From Octopus vulgaris (taxonomy: Eukaryota), in contig OX597814.1 of assembly GCA_951406725.2 (NCBI GenBank), positions 78,926,001-78,990,000 on the forward strand: a stretch of DNA of 64,000 bases, in the 5' to 3' direction. This document shows, in pieces, positions 13,866-25,892 of the stretch. The position numbers and the translations under genes are program-made. Below the pieces are notes generated by a model that was given only the letters and a program-made list of their open reading frames with translations, was not told the DNA's origin and searched no databases. Numbering within the stretch: position 1 is the stretch's first letter; every line of letters begins with the position of its first letter.

Positions 13866-14546
13866 TATATATATATATATATATCTAATGTAGGATAACA
13901 TTTTTTCGAAAAAAAATTTTATCAATGGCCAGCATATTAAAAAATACCTTTAAAGGTTAAATTATAAACAACTTATAAATAAGGGCAAACGAAAAGTTTC
14001 TAATGCCAAATATGCCGAAAATTGGACATATTGTCCATTTACCATATAATTTTTTTCCCAGTACGCACGCTACTCGAAAAAAGGCCGACAGAAATTTCTA
14101 AAAAATTCCATTATTACCATATCGGAAGGATTTCAGGGGTAGTTCAAAAAGAACCCTCCCTTTGTCAGTGATACATGTGGCAAAGAAGTAAACATGCATA
14201 CACACATATACAATTGTGTGTGTGCATGTGTGTGAGGGTATGCTACTAAGACTCACTCAAACTAAATAGAGTACAACTTAAATCATCATTATGGAAGTAT
14301 GACTCAAATAATTAAAAGCAATTATAAATAATTCAGGGCTTTGTGTAAGTCTCAAATGAAGAAATAAATGGAAAGGATGTCTGATATATCATATCAACAA
14401 AACAAATAGGCCTAGTTCTACCTTTAGTTTTATCTTTGCTAAGTAGTTCTCTTGTAAACATAAGTACTTCTCTCTAGTACATTCATTTTATGTGGTAGGT
14501 CAAAAATACAAAATTTCTTGCAGCCATTGAACACAGATCAGTCAGG

Positions 14547-14586
<40 letters not shown>

Positions 14587-16439
14587 TAGAGAGTGTCTGA
14601 AGGTGAGATAGAGAGACAGAGAAACCTTTCAATTCAAGTAGTTTTGTATCAATCTCTAAATATTATCAAATGAGAGTTTCTCTCTTTGAGTATTCATGTT
14701 GGTTTTATATACATTAGAACAAATTTATTCCTTTGCTATAACAACCATTTTCCTATAGCTGGTTTCCAATGATGTTTTATAAGAGTGTTTGTCTCGGTTT
14801 GTTGTTGTTTCATTAGTCAGTTCATAGATTTTTCAATTATTTCAATTGGTTGACTTCACTACCGACAAATTAAAATTTTCTCACAGGTAAAAGACATCAA
14901 ATAAAAGATGCAGCTCCCTTCCTCAAAGAGAGCATCAAGAACATCTTCTGTGGCTTCAGAAATAAGATAATAATTTATGAAATTAACAGAACAGCAGCTT
15001 TAACAAAACAATATGTGAATGATGTAATCAAAAGGGAGATACAAGACAAATATTAAACCAATTGAACCAACCAATGAATAATCAATAAACAAACATTTAG
15101 GGTAAACACTTGTGTACTGAAGGTGATGCTGTGCTCCATCTCAGATGTAGGTGAGAAAACACCTAGACAATGGTACAAGCCTTGTTCAATCAGATGTTGT
15201 GACTGTGGTCCAGATGTTTCTATCATTCTCCATGCTTGTTAGTGTTGAACCATTTGTCCTCTCTCTAAGCACAGATGTAATGGCTTACTTTCTTGGCAGC
15301 TTCCAGCAAATCTTTGGCAACATCTTTGTCTCCTTTGCAAGCCATTTCAAGACTCTTGAGCTAAGTAGCATGCAATCACACAATAGATAAGCAAAAACAG
15401 AATGGCAAATGAGTCAGCCAATAGGAAATGATATAAAGATAGGCAATTTTAGGAAAATAACTTCAGAATAACAGGATCAGTAAAAATGATATAAACAACA
15501 ACCAATGAGAGGCAGAACAATCAAGAAATTGAAAAATGAAGAAACAACAGCCATAAACAATATCTTAATTCAACATTAGAAAAACAATCAATAAAAATAA
15601 TAGTCACAGACAAAAGAATTAACCTGCTACAATATATATGAAAAACTAACCCAAATATTGAGAGAAATTAGATCTCACTTGAAAATTGCAGAAGTGTGAA
15701 ACTCAAGTCCTGATGAAAAAACATTCAATTTATATAAAAAATATATTTGACACAATGTATTCAGTACTCTTTTTAATGACAAACTGTAACACTTATAATC
15801 ATTCTTACATCTGTTTTTCCATGCTTGCATGGGTTTGATGTTTCCTTGCCAAAAGCATCCCTTGACCTGTTGCTTTCCTATCATCTCCTTTGTGACGATC
15901 AGCTTCATGAGATCAGCTTATATCACTTCTGCCCATTTTTCTTTGGTCTTTCTCTTTTATTGGATCTTTCTACATGAATCTCTTGGAATGTCATTATCCA
16001 CCCCGCCACCGCCGCCATGAAAGTGGTAACAAGAACAGGACAGTGAGAACAGAACAGTAAAAACAAACGGTGAGGGCTGTTAAGCCAAGATGATAGAAAA
16101 ATTATTTTGAACGTTTAGGAAGACGTGCTTATGAAGGAGACAGTATAAGCACGTTTAGTCTTTACAAAGGTTGTGGGTAGAAAAGTAGATTCTCTTTCAT
16201 CACATGTCAGTGACGAGAGAGCCGAGGAGGAGGAAAGAGAGGGAACGGTGAAGAGGAGAGGAGAAGAATAGGGAAGAGTGGGAGAGAAAACCAGAAAGGA
16301 TGAAGAACGAGAGAGAGAGAGCTAGACAGAGAAGAGATAGTAAAGATAGAAGAGTGTGCATCGTAATTATTAAGATAAAACTTACTTGGAAAAGGATGCA
16401 TGGTGTTCGTTCATATAATAATATCAACAATATATAATA

Positions 16440-17306
16440 TTGCCACCATAAATTCTCTGAGAAAAAACATACTACATCTAGGCTAGTAGAAGAAAGAAAA
16501 TGAATTACATGTTTGGTTAACCACGTACATAATCGTGTTTCAGACTTAAAGTAATAAAAAACTTTACGTTTTTGCCTTCATCAGCGGCGGTGTGTGGTGA
16601 GGCACAACCCAAGCACTTGTTATGATTATGTATATAATTATAACAAGGGCTCCAGTTAATTATAACAAGCCAAGCCATTGTTATAATTATGTATATAATT
16701 ATAAAATATTTATATAAATTTACCTACAAGATTTTATTTCCATGGTGACCACTTGGTAAAAATCATTTATGATTTTACCCTTTATTATTATTACAATTGA
16801 TATTTGAAAAAATATTTACTCCTTGATCAAAACTGTATTAACTGCAGACTTGATCTTTAACACACTGCACATGGCTACAAGAGAAGGATATGAATTCTAC
16901 TTTGCAGCATATATCTGTGGGTCTCAATGGGTATAAGATAAGCAAAGGCGCAGCTCACTTGCATACACGCAGCCACTTGTATTTACATGCCTGGGTATAC
17001 CGTCGCTGATGAAGGCAAAAAGGTAAAGTTTTTATTAGTTTAAGCCTTAAACACGATCATGTATGCGGTTAACCAAACTTTTAATTCATTTTCTTTCTTC
17101 TACTAGCCTATATGTAGTGTGTTTTTTCTCGGAGAATTTATGGTGGCAACAGTGTCTTTTGATGTCTATTTTTCAGTGTGTGGTGAGGTGCAAGCCAAGC
17201 CCTTGTTATAATTATGTATATAATTATAAAATATTTATATAAATTTACCTACGAGGTTTTATTTCCATGGTGACCACTTGGTAAAAAGCATTTATGATTT
17301 TACCCT

Positions 17307-17330
<24 letters not shown>
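16440..17330 (+). mobile_element. Penelope-like element remnant (inverted plus direct pseudo-LTR segments)
   Basis: 16440-16592 is an inverted copy of ~16997-17150; 16592-16790 is directly repeated at ~17177-17320; contains a CTGATGA...GAAAC hammerhead-like core. Confidence 0.65.
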
Positions 17331-17363
<33 letters not shown>

Positions 17364-17665
17364 CTTTGTGAGTGGATTTGGTAAACAAACTTAAAGTTCA
17401 GCAAAAAAGATAGATAGAATAAGTACCAGGCTTTACCAAAAGGTATAGGTACTGGAGTTGATTTGCTTGACTAAAATTCTTCAGGGTGGCACCCCAGCAG
17501 GGCTGCATTCTAATGATTGAAATACATAATGGATGCATGTGTGTATGTGTGTATATATATAAATATATATATATATATATGCACACACACCTATATACAC
17601 ACTCACACCTATACATACACATACACACACACATGTATATGTACATATATATATGCATATGTGTA

Positions 17666-18840
17666 CAGAGTGCGACAAAATGATCTGACATATTTGTAGG
17701 TTTAATAAAAGCAAAATAGAGTAAAAAATGAAAAATGTGATTTTATTTTCGAAATGTACGTATAATGCCATTTTGCTTCATTTGGTTTTAAAAATTAAAT
17801 CAGTCAAGTGGGTGCTATTATAATCCAAACTCTGTTGAAGGCGTTCATGAAAGTTGTCACTTCATGTGGAATGGCAGCAATTTCTTGATGAATGTCATAT
17901 TTCAATTGTTCAATAGATCAAGGGTAATGAGCCTATACGTTTGATTTCAAGTATCTCCACAGAAAAAAATTGCATGGGCTCAGATAAGGTGTTCGGGTGG
18001 GTGAACCTGTGTTATCACACAATGAGATCAAATGACTGGGGAACTGAATTGTGATGTCCTTCTCCCAACTCCATTTCCCAACTGGCGGAAACGCACGGGC
18101 AGGCAGCTGAAGACCTGTGTTTCGACGATTAAGGAGGACCTCTTTGTGCTCATGGGACCACAGGTGGTCAGCCTGCGCCAATGGAACTGTGACTGGCTCA
18201 CTATCTCCAGTGAACTGGCACAGGACCGTCGTGCATGGGCTGCCATGGTTCGAGATGCCTCGAGGGTGGTAGAAGAAGCCAACTCAACCCGCCCAGGGTG
18301 AATGTCAGTACAAGTAAGTACTGGGGAACATCTCCCTCAAAATATCCATTGCACTCTGAGAAGTGTGGGCTGTTGCCCCATCCTGTTGAAACCAAACATT
18401 GTTTTCATCATCAAGTTCTTTCAATTTGGGTTTCAGAAAGGTCTTTAGCATCACACAATAAGGATCAGAGTTCACAGTCACTGCAACATTATCTTCTTCG
18501 AAGGAGTACAGACCCCAAATGCTGAATTCCACTGCTGCAGAATTTTGAGTAGGTATGGGATCATGTCTACAAAACCTGAGGTGCACATGGAATGCTCTTC
18601 ATGTTACAGTTATGGATTTGTTTTTCTTGATAAATGCTTCTACAATGAAAGCGTGATGCTCACCTGTCCAATTCATGTTGGCAACTGTAAACAAAATTAA
18701 ATAAAATCTCACAAATTGCACCAACTGAAACGAAATGGCATCATATATACATTTTGAAAACGAAAACACATTTTTCCTTCTTTTCTCTATTTCACTTTTA
18801 TTAAACCGACAAATGTGTCAAATAATTTTTCCGCACCCTG
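17666..18840 (-). mobile_element. Tc1/mariner DD41D (rosa-type) transposon, internally deleted
   Basis: ~120-bp TIRs (cagagtgcgacaaaa / ttttccgcaccctg) with TA on both sides; transposase from ATG 18676 (MNWTGEHHAFIVEAF) through WFQQDGATAH...PYLSPCNFFLWRYLK; 41 residues between the second and third catalytic positions once the nested insert is removed. Confidence 0.9.
18045..18319 (+). mobile_element. 5'-truncated RTE LINE fragment (second RTE lineage) nested in the mariner
   Basis: Encodes ...LAQDRRAWAAMVRDA...STRPG* followed by tacaagtaagt; 10-bp TSD ACTGGGGAAC at 18035-18044 and 18320-18329. Confidence 0.9.
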
Positions 18841-19345
18841 TATTTATATATGTACAGATATACAAGTATATGTGTGTGTGTATTTAAAACTTTGGTCTGA
18901 AGTTTTGCCAGGAATCTATGATTACTGTAAGATTTGCATAATGACTGATAGGGTTCACGTTGAAGCACAAATAAATGTAAAGGAAAAGTGTAAAACAAAC
19001 TCCCCAAAGTTTTTGTAAGCCAAATGTCAAAGAGACTTATGCGTGTCAAAATATAGCAGACTAAAGCAAGTTGATACCATAGAAAATTATAATATAATGA
19101 TCAAGATTAAAATAAAATAAAATATTAAAACAATTTACAATTGCATTTGAAATAGTTTCTCAGCTGGGAAAAATGTAGAACAGTTAAGAAAAGAAAGCAA
19201 GAAAAATTTTAAAAGCTGCTTAGAGCAGTGGTTCTCAACCAGGGTCCATATGGCCCTTGGAGGGGCCACATGAGATTTTGCTGTTAAATGCTATGTGCAA
19301 TAAATTGGCTATGTTGGAAATTGAAAGAAGCCCATCATATATATA

Positions 19346-21999
19346 TCATCATCATCATCATCATCATCATTTAACGTCCGCTTTCCATGCTAGCATGGGT
19401 TGGACGGTTCAACTGGGGTCTGGGGAGCCCGAAAGCTGTACCAGTCCAGTCAGATCTGGCAGTGTTTCTACAGCTGGATGCCCTTCCTAACGCCAACCAC
19501 TCCGAGAGTGTAGTGGGTGATTTTATGTGCCACCGACACAGGTGCCAGACGAGGCTGGCAAACGGCCACGCTCGGATGGTGTTTTTTATGTGCCACCGAC
19601 ACAGGTGCCAGACGAGGCTGGCAGACAGCCACGCTCGGATGGTGTTTTTATGTGCCACCGACACAGGTGCCAGATGATGCTGGCAAACGGCTACGATCGG
19701 ATGGTGTTTGTTACGTGCCCACAGCACGGAGGCCAGTCGATGCGGTACTGGCTACGGCCACGTTCGGATGGTTTTCTTGTGTGCCACATGCCACCGGCAC
19801 TGGTAACACAAAGATACAAATTCCATTGATGTTCATCTATTTTGATTTGTTTTGATTTTGATTTTCACTTGCCTCAACAGGTCTTCACAAGTGTCACAAG
19901 AAGGAAGGTATGCACAGGTGGACTGACTACGTCCCAGGTAGGGGCCACAGGTTATGGCCTGACTAGTCTTGCCGGGTCTTCGGATGGTGTTTTTATGTGC
20001 CACCGACACAGGTGCCAGATGAGGCTGGCGAACGGCCACGATCGGATGGTGTTTGTTACGTACCCACAGCACGGAGGCCAGTCGGTGCGGTACTGGCTAC
20101 GGCCACGTTCGGATGGTTTTCTTGTGTGCCACCGGCACTGGTACCACAAAGATACAATTCCATTAATGTTCATCTATTTTGATTTGTTTTGATTTGATTT
20201 GATTTGATTTCATTTTGATTTTCACTTGCCTCAACAGGCCTTCACAAGTATCACAAGGAGGAAGGTATGCACAGGTGGACTGACTACGTCCCAGGTAGGG
20301 GCCATGGGATATGGCCTGACTAGTCTTGCCGGGTCTTCGGATGGTGTTTTTATGTGCCACCGACACAGGTGCTAGAGTAGGCTGGCGAACGGCCACGATC
20401 GGATGGTGTTTGTTATGTGCCCACAGCACGATGGCCAGTGATGCGGTACTGACTACGGCCACGTTCGGATGGATTCTTGTGTGCCACCGGCACTGGTACC
20501 ACAAAGATACAAATTCCATTGATGTTCATCTATTTTGATTTGTTTTGATTTTCACTTGCCTCAACAGGTCTTCACAAGTGTCACAAGAAGGAAGGTATGT
20601 ACAGGTGGACTGACTATGTCCCAGGTAGGGGCCACGGGTTATGACCTGACTAGTCTTGCCGGGTCTTCGGATGGTGTTTTTATGTGCCACCATGTTCCCA
20701 CAGCACGGAGGCCAGTCGATGCGGTACTGGCTACGGCCACGTTCGGATGGTTTTCTTGTGTGCCACAGGCACTGGTACCACAAAGATACAAATTCCATTG
20801 ATGTTCATCTATTTTGATTGATTTTCACTTGCCTCAGCAGGTCTTCACAAGTGTCACAAGAACGAAGGTATGCACAGGTGGATCGACTACGTCCCAGGTA
20901 GGGGCCACGGGATATGGCCTGACTAGTCCTGCCGGGTCCTCTCATGCACAGCACACTTCCATAGGACTCGGTCTTCAGTCATTTCCTTGGTGAGACCTAA
21001 AGTTCGAAGGTCGTGCTTCACCACCTCGTCCCAGGTTTTCCTGGGTCTACCTCTTCCACAGGTTCCCTCAACTGCTAGGGTGTAGCACTTTTGCACACAA
21101 CTATCTTCAGCCATTCTCGTCACATGACCATACCAGCGCAGCCGTCTCTCTTGCACACCACAACTGACACTTCTTAGGTTCAACTTTTCTCTCAAAGTAC
21201 TTACACTCTGACGATTATGAACACTGACATTACACATCCATCGGAGCATACTGGCTTCATTTCTTGCAAGCTTACGCATATCCTCAGCAGTCACGGCCCA
21301 TGTTTCACTACCATGTAGCATGGCTGTACGTACACACGCATCATATAGTCTGCCTTTTACTCTTAGCGAGAGGCCTTTTGTCACCAGCAGGGGTAAGAGC
21401 TCTCTAAACTTTGCCCAGGCTATTCTTACTCTAGCAGTTACACTTTCAGCACACCCACCCCCGCTACTGACTTGGTCTCCTAGGTAGCAGAAGCTATCAA
21501 CTACTTCTAGTTTGTCTCCCTGGAACGTCGTAGAAGTTGGTCTCTGCACATTTCCAGTGTTTATTGCTCCTGAGCATCTGCCACAGACAAAAACTATTTT
21601 CTTAGTTAGCCTTCCTTTGACATTGCTGCACCTCTTATGTGTCCATAGCTTACACTTGGTGCACCTTATAGAGTTTCTACCTACACCTTTTTTACAGATC
21701 AAGCAGGGCCATCTACCTGAAGTCGTTTGTGATTGGTCCACCTTCCTACTTATTAGGACTTTGGTTTTGGCTAGGTTGATTCTAAGGCCCTTCGATTCTA
21801 ATCCTTGTTTCCATACCTGAAACTTCTCCTCCAGTTCTGATAGTGACTCAGCAATTAGAGCAAGGTCATCAGCATAGAGGAGCTCCCAGGGGCATCCTGT
21901 CTTGAATTCCTCCGTTATTGCCTGGAGGACTATGATAAATAGGAGGGGACAGAGGACTGAACCTTGGTGGACCCCAACCTCTACCCGGAATTCTTCACT
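19346..21999 (-). mobile_element. RTE-clade LINE, 5'-truncated, young
   Basis: RT ORF, ~1.6-kb repetitive 3' UTR and (GAT)n tail; flanked by (TA)n on both sides. Confidence 0.95.
20923..21999 (-). CDS. Partial RTE reverse transcriptase with embedded PHD-type zinc finger
   Basis: Uninterrupted ~358 codons: GVHQGSVLCPLLF, LLYADD, INLAKTKVL, C4HC3 insert, FCYLG, RRLRWYGHV, RGRPRKTW. The N-terminus of the listed 428-aa ORF is read-through from (TA)n and a Helitron. Confidence 0.9.
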   Translation of the reverse strand, partial: SEEFRVEVGVHQGSVLCPLLFIIVLQAITEEFKTGCPWELLYADDLALIAESLSELEEKFQVWKQGLESKGLRINLAKTKVLISRKVDQSQTTSGRWPCLICKKGVGRNSIRCTKCKLWTHKRCSNVKGRLTKKIVFVCGRCSGAINTGNVQRPTSTTFQGDKLEVVDSFCYLGDQVSSGGGCAESVTARVRIAWAKFRELLPLLVTKGLSLRVKGRLYDACVRTAMLHGSETWAVTAEDMRKLARNEASMLRWMCNVSVHNRQSVSTLREKLNLRSVSCGVQERRLRWYGHVTRMAEDSCVQKCYTLAVEGTCGRGRPRKTWDEVVKHDLRTLGLTKEMTEDRVLWKCAVHERTRQD

Positions 22000-22022
22000 A
22001 TATATATATATATATATATATA

Positions 22023-22398
22023 CTAGCAGTATCGCCCGGCGTTGCTCAGGTTTGTAAGGGAAATAACTATAAAGCATTTTTAGAGAGTTATAGCTAAAAA
22101 ATAGCAAAAAAATGGAAAAAAATGATGGTAAATTTTTTTTGAGATTAAAAAAGGTGGAGTTGCATCCCCTAGACAGTTTGTGGTTCCTGTTTCTGATTCT
22201 TGACCCCATGTCGAATTTATTGATTTTTTTCAGAACTGGGGAAACTTTTCAAAATTTTCGCTGCGTTAGTTTTGAATTATGACATTGGGCTATGTGTGTG
22301 TCAAGTTTCATCAGGATCGGTTGAAAGCCGTGGTCAGGGTGAGGGTACGAGAAAACAGACACACAGAAACACGCACAGACAAACTGCCGTTTATATAT

Positions 22399-22403
<5 letters not shown>
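22023..22403 (-). mobile_element. Non-autonomous Helitron
   Basis: Minus strand begins TCTCTATATATAAA and ends cctgagcaacgccggg-cgatactg-CTAG; inserted between A and T without TSD. Confidence 0.85.
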
Positions 22404-22433
<30 letters not shown>

Positions 22434-23042
22434 TTAGAGGTTAAGCAAAGATCTCAGGGATAATAAATATCCAGTATACTACTGGATATATACCTATGTA
22501 TTTATATCTAAGTGCTTACTATTGCAGGGCAGTACTGCAATTGAATAATAGGTATGAGTGGAGGTAAAAAGAAATTACCAGGAATTTATAAGGCAAATAA
22601 GAAAATGGAGAGGGTAATCAATCAACAAACATCAGCCCACATAAGTTCTTTATCTCCTCTAAGCTCTACCTACCTATATATATACATACATACATACATA
22701 CATACATATAAATATATATACATACATACATATAAATATATATATATATATATATATAAATTAAATTAGAGATAAAACCACTATTATGCAACTCAAACAG
22801 TGATAGACTTAAACCAAAACATAATAATCAAAAAAATAACTATAATTAATATAATATACAAAATATATATAAAATATAAAATTTAAATTATTGAAATTTT
22901 AAATTTTAAAATTTATATTTATAAATTTTTTTATATTTTAAATTTTAAATTTATAAATTTATAAATTTTTAAACTTTTAAACTTTTTTTTATACTAACCA
23001 AAAAGTATTAAAAAGTTTAATATAATATAATAAGTAATATAC

Positions 23043-23083
<41 letters not shown>

Positions 23084-23834
23084 CATATATATGTATGTAT
23101 GTATAAATTTGCGTGTGTGTGCATTTGTGTCTGTGTTCGTCCCCCTGCCACCACCACCACCACCACCATCGTTTGACAACTGATGTTGGTGCATTTATTT
23201 TCTTGTAACTTAGCAGTTTGGCAAAAGAGACCGACAGAATAAGTACTAGGCTTACAAAGAATAAGTCCTGGGGTTGATTTTTTCAACAAAAAAAAAAATC
23301 CTTTAAGGCAGTGCTCCAGTATCACTACAGTCATATTGACTGAAACAAATAAAAGAGTAAAAGAATAAATGCACAAAATATTTTACCAATATTTTGATAC
23401 AATTTCGAATAATATTTACCTCTTTAGCATTTAGATTATTTTGTCACTTTGTTTAAGGTAATGCTTATTCATTTGCATTGTTTTGAATTGGTCATGCATT
23501 AATTATTCCAAAGCTTTGAGATTTTGACAATGTGATTGTTTATTTTTAAAACAGTATTTTAGGGCAGGTGTGAAAAGCCAGATCTGGCTGGTTTGAACAT
23601 GAAACAGGATGAATATTTTGGCTAAGACATTTGCTCAAGATCTCTCTTAGTGAGATTAAACCTTAAACTATATGGTTGCAAAACTTGTTTCTTAATCACT
23701 TGGGTCACACTTGTGTCCTGTATCTATGGTGTATCTATATTTCTGTTAAAAGAGACTTGTGATTGGTTGAGTTTTAGCTGATGTGAAAGAGGGCAGACAC
23801 AGAAAGACAGCCATAAATAGATAGACTAAGCAAG

Positions 23835-24061
23835 AGGCAAGCTGGCAGAACCGCTAGCACACCGGGCGAAATGCGTAGCTATATTTCGTCTGCCGTTACG
23901 TTCTGAGTTCAAATTCCGCCGAGGTCGACTTTGCCTTTCATCCTTTCAGGGTCAATAAATTAAGTACCAGTTATGCACTGGGGTCGATGTAATCGACTTA
24001 ATCCGTTTGTCTGTCCTCGTTTGTCCCCTCTATGTTTAGCCCCTTGTGAGTAATAAAGAAA
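23835..24061 (+). mobile_element. tRNA-like SINE, family B (Meta/MESC-like central domain)
   Basis: B box gagttcaaattcc followed by gactttgcctttcatcctttcagggtcaataaattaagtacc; related copies at ~4660-4790(-), ~35210-35350(-) and 38493-39590. Domain name assigned from memory. Confidence 0.75.
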
Positions 24062-25483
24062 CAGGTGGACTAAGCAAGAGACAGACACTGCGCCTCTGAC
24101 TGATGAGGCCAGATGATGAGAAACAGAAACAGGTAGAGGTAAGAGAAGGCCAAGTGAAGAGAGGGAGGGGGGTAGGTAGAGAGAGTTAATGAGAAAAGGA
24201 TAGAAAAAGGGAGTAATCAAACAAAACTGCCAAAATGTAAAGTAACCCATAACCCACATTTCACATAGAATTTACTCATTTGTTTTGGACATATGAGAAT
24301 GTGTAAAAAGGGTGAGTGAAGTCCCTTCAACTGCCACCCCCACAACATTTTCTATAGTAAAGGGAAAACTATATTCCTTACTCTCAGTTTCACCTACAGT
24401 CTTACATTGTTGTAGGTGTTAGTTTATCCAGCTCCATGTCATCTGATACTTTCAACAATGTCAAGTTTGTTGTTGCATATGGTGGTAGTGGTGGTTGTGG
24501 TATATGGTATAGTGGCCTGTTGTTGTGATGTAGCTTAACCAGCCCTAATCAAGCCTATGATCACAAGCATTCCAAACATGACAGCCCTATCTGTTGGTAT
24601 ATAAAGGGAAACACTGTTCAATGAATATATCTTCTGTTTAAGGAAATAGTAACTTGAGGGGAGATATAGCTGCTTTTTCTGGCAGGATGAGGGAGTACAT
24701 AAAAGTGTCCTAATTGTGTGTCATACAGTGAATATATACAGGGGAATTCAAAAGTCTCTGTCATATTCAAATGATACATAAAATGTTTATTGCATTATTT
24801 TGTCTTTATATAATTTGCTATCATTGAAATTTTGTTGTAGGGCAAGTAGTTTGGTCCCACTGAAATGCACTTTGGGTTAAGTATTTCTGCAGAAGTCCTG
24901 ACCCAAATAATGCTTAGTGATGGATATAGTTGATGGAAACTGCAGGAAGCTTGCTACATATACATACATACTTTATTTGTTGGTTTCATGCCAAGAATTC
25001 TCTGCAATTATCAAACCTACCATATTGAGAATGTTGGAGATGAGTAGCAATGTCCCATGTGGCAGGCTTGATAATCGCTGAGTACTCTCAGCATGAAACC
25101 AATGGTAGCTTCATTAACCATGCCCCCACCCACCAAAAATAGATGCAGGAAAGCATAATTTATATATTTCATAAAAGATATAATTTATATATTTTATCAA
25201 AATGGTTGGAGTTAAGAATGACATCCAGCTGTAGAAACCATACCAAAGAAGACAGTAGAGCTTCACACAGTCTTCTGACTTGTCAGCTCTAGCCAAACTG
25301 TCTAACCATGCCAGCATGAAAAATGGATTTTAAGTGATGATGATGTCTAAGAAAGCTGCAATACAGTAGAATCAATGATACAAGTCCAAGTGATGTAGAA
25401 ACAAGAAATATATTAGATAGCTCCATGTCAACATTCATAAAACTTTCAAGCAATTTAAAGCTATAGAACAATTAAAAGCTATA

Positions 25484-25892
25484 GGCGTAGGAGTGGCTGT
25501 GTGGTAAGTAGCTTGCATACAAACCACATGATTCCGGGTTCAGTCCCACTGCGTAGCACCTTGGGCAAGTGTCTTCTACCATAGCCTCGGGCTGACCAAA
25601 GCCTTGTGAGTGGATTTGGTAGATGGAAATTGAAAGAAGCCTGTCATATATATGTACATATATTTATATGTGTGTGTGTGTATGTGTTTGTGTGTCTGTG
25701 TTTGTCTCCCCCAAAATCGCTTGACAACCGATGCTGGTGTGTTTATGTCCCCATAACTTAGCGGTTCGGCAAAAGAGACCAATAGAATAAGTACTAGGCT
25801 AACAAAGAATAAGTCCTGGGGTCAATTTGCTCGACTAAAGATGGTGCTCCAGCATGGCTACAGTCAAATGACTGAAACAAGTAAAAGAGTAA
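25484..25892 (+). mobile_element. SINE family A, best-preserved copy
   Basis: ggcgtaggagtggctgtgtggtaag...gggttcagtccc...ccttgggcaagt...cagtcaaatgactgaaacaagtaaaagag. Confidence 0.9.

Noticed and set aside
14886-15056. Terminal coding exon after ttttctcacag
   Set aside because: Short peptide with no recognisable homology and no partner exons.
22000-22209. N-terminus of the 428-aa ORF as true LINE protein
   Set aside because: Derived from (TA)n and Helitron sequence.
24093-24139. Hammerhead (cctc..CTGATGAggcc...GAAACagGTAgagg)
   Set aside because: Stem II has no complementary 3' strand; at best a decayed motif.
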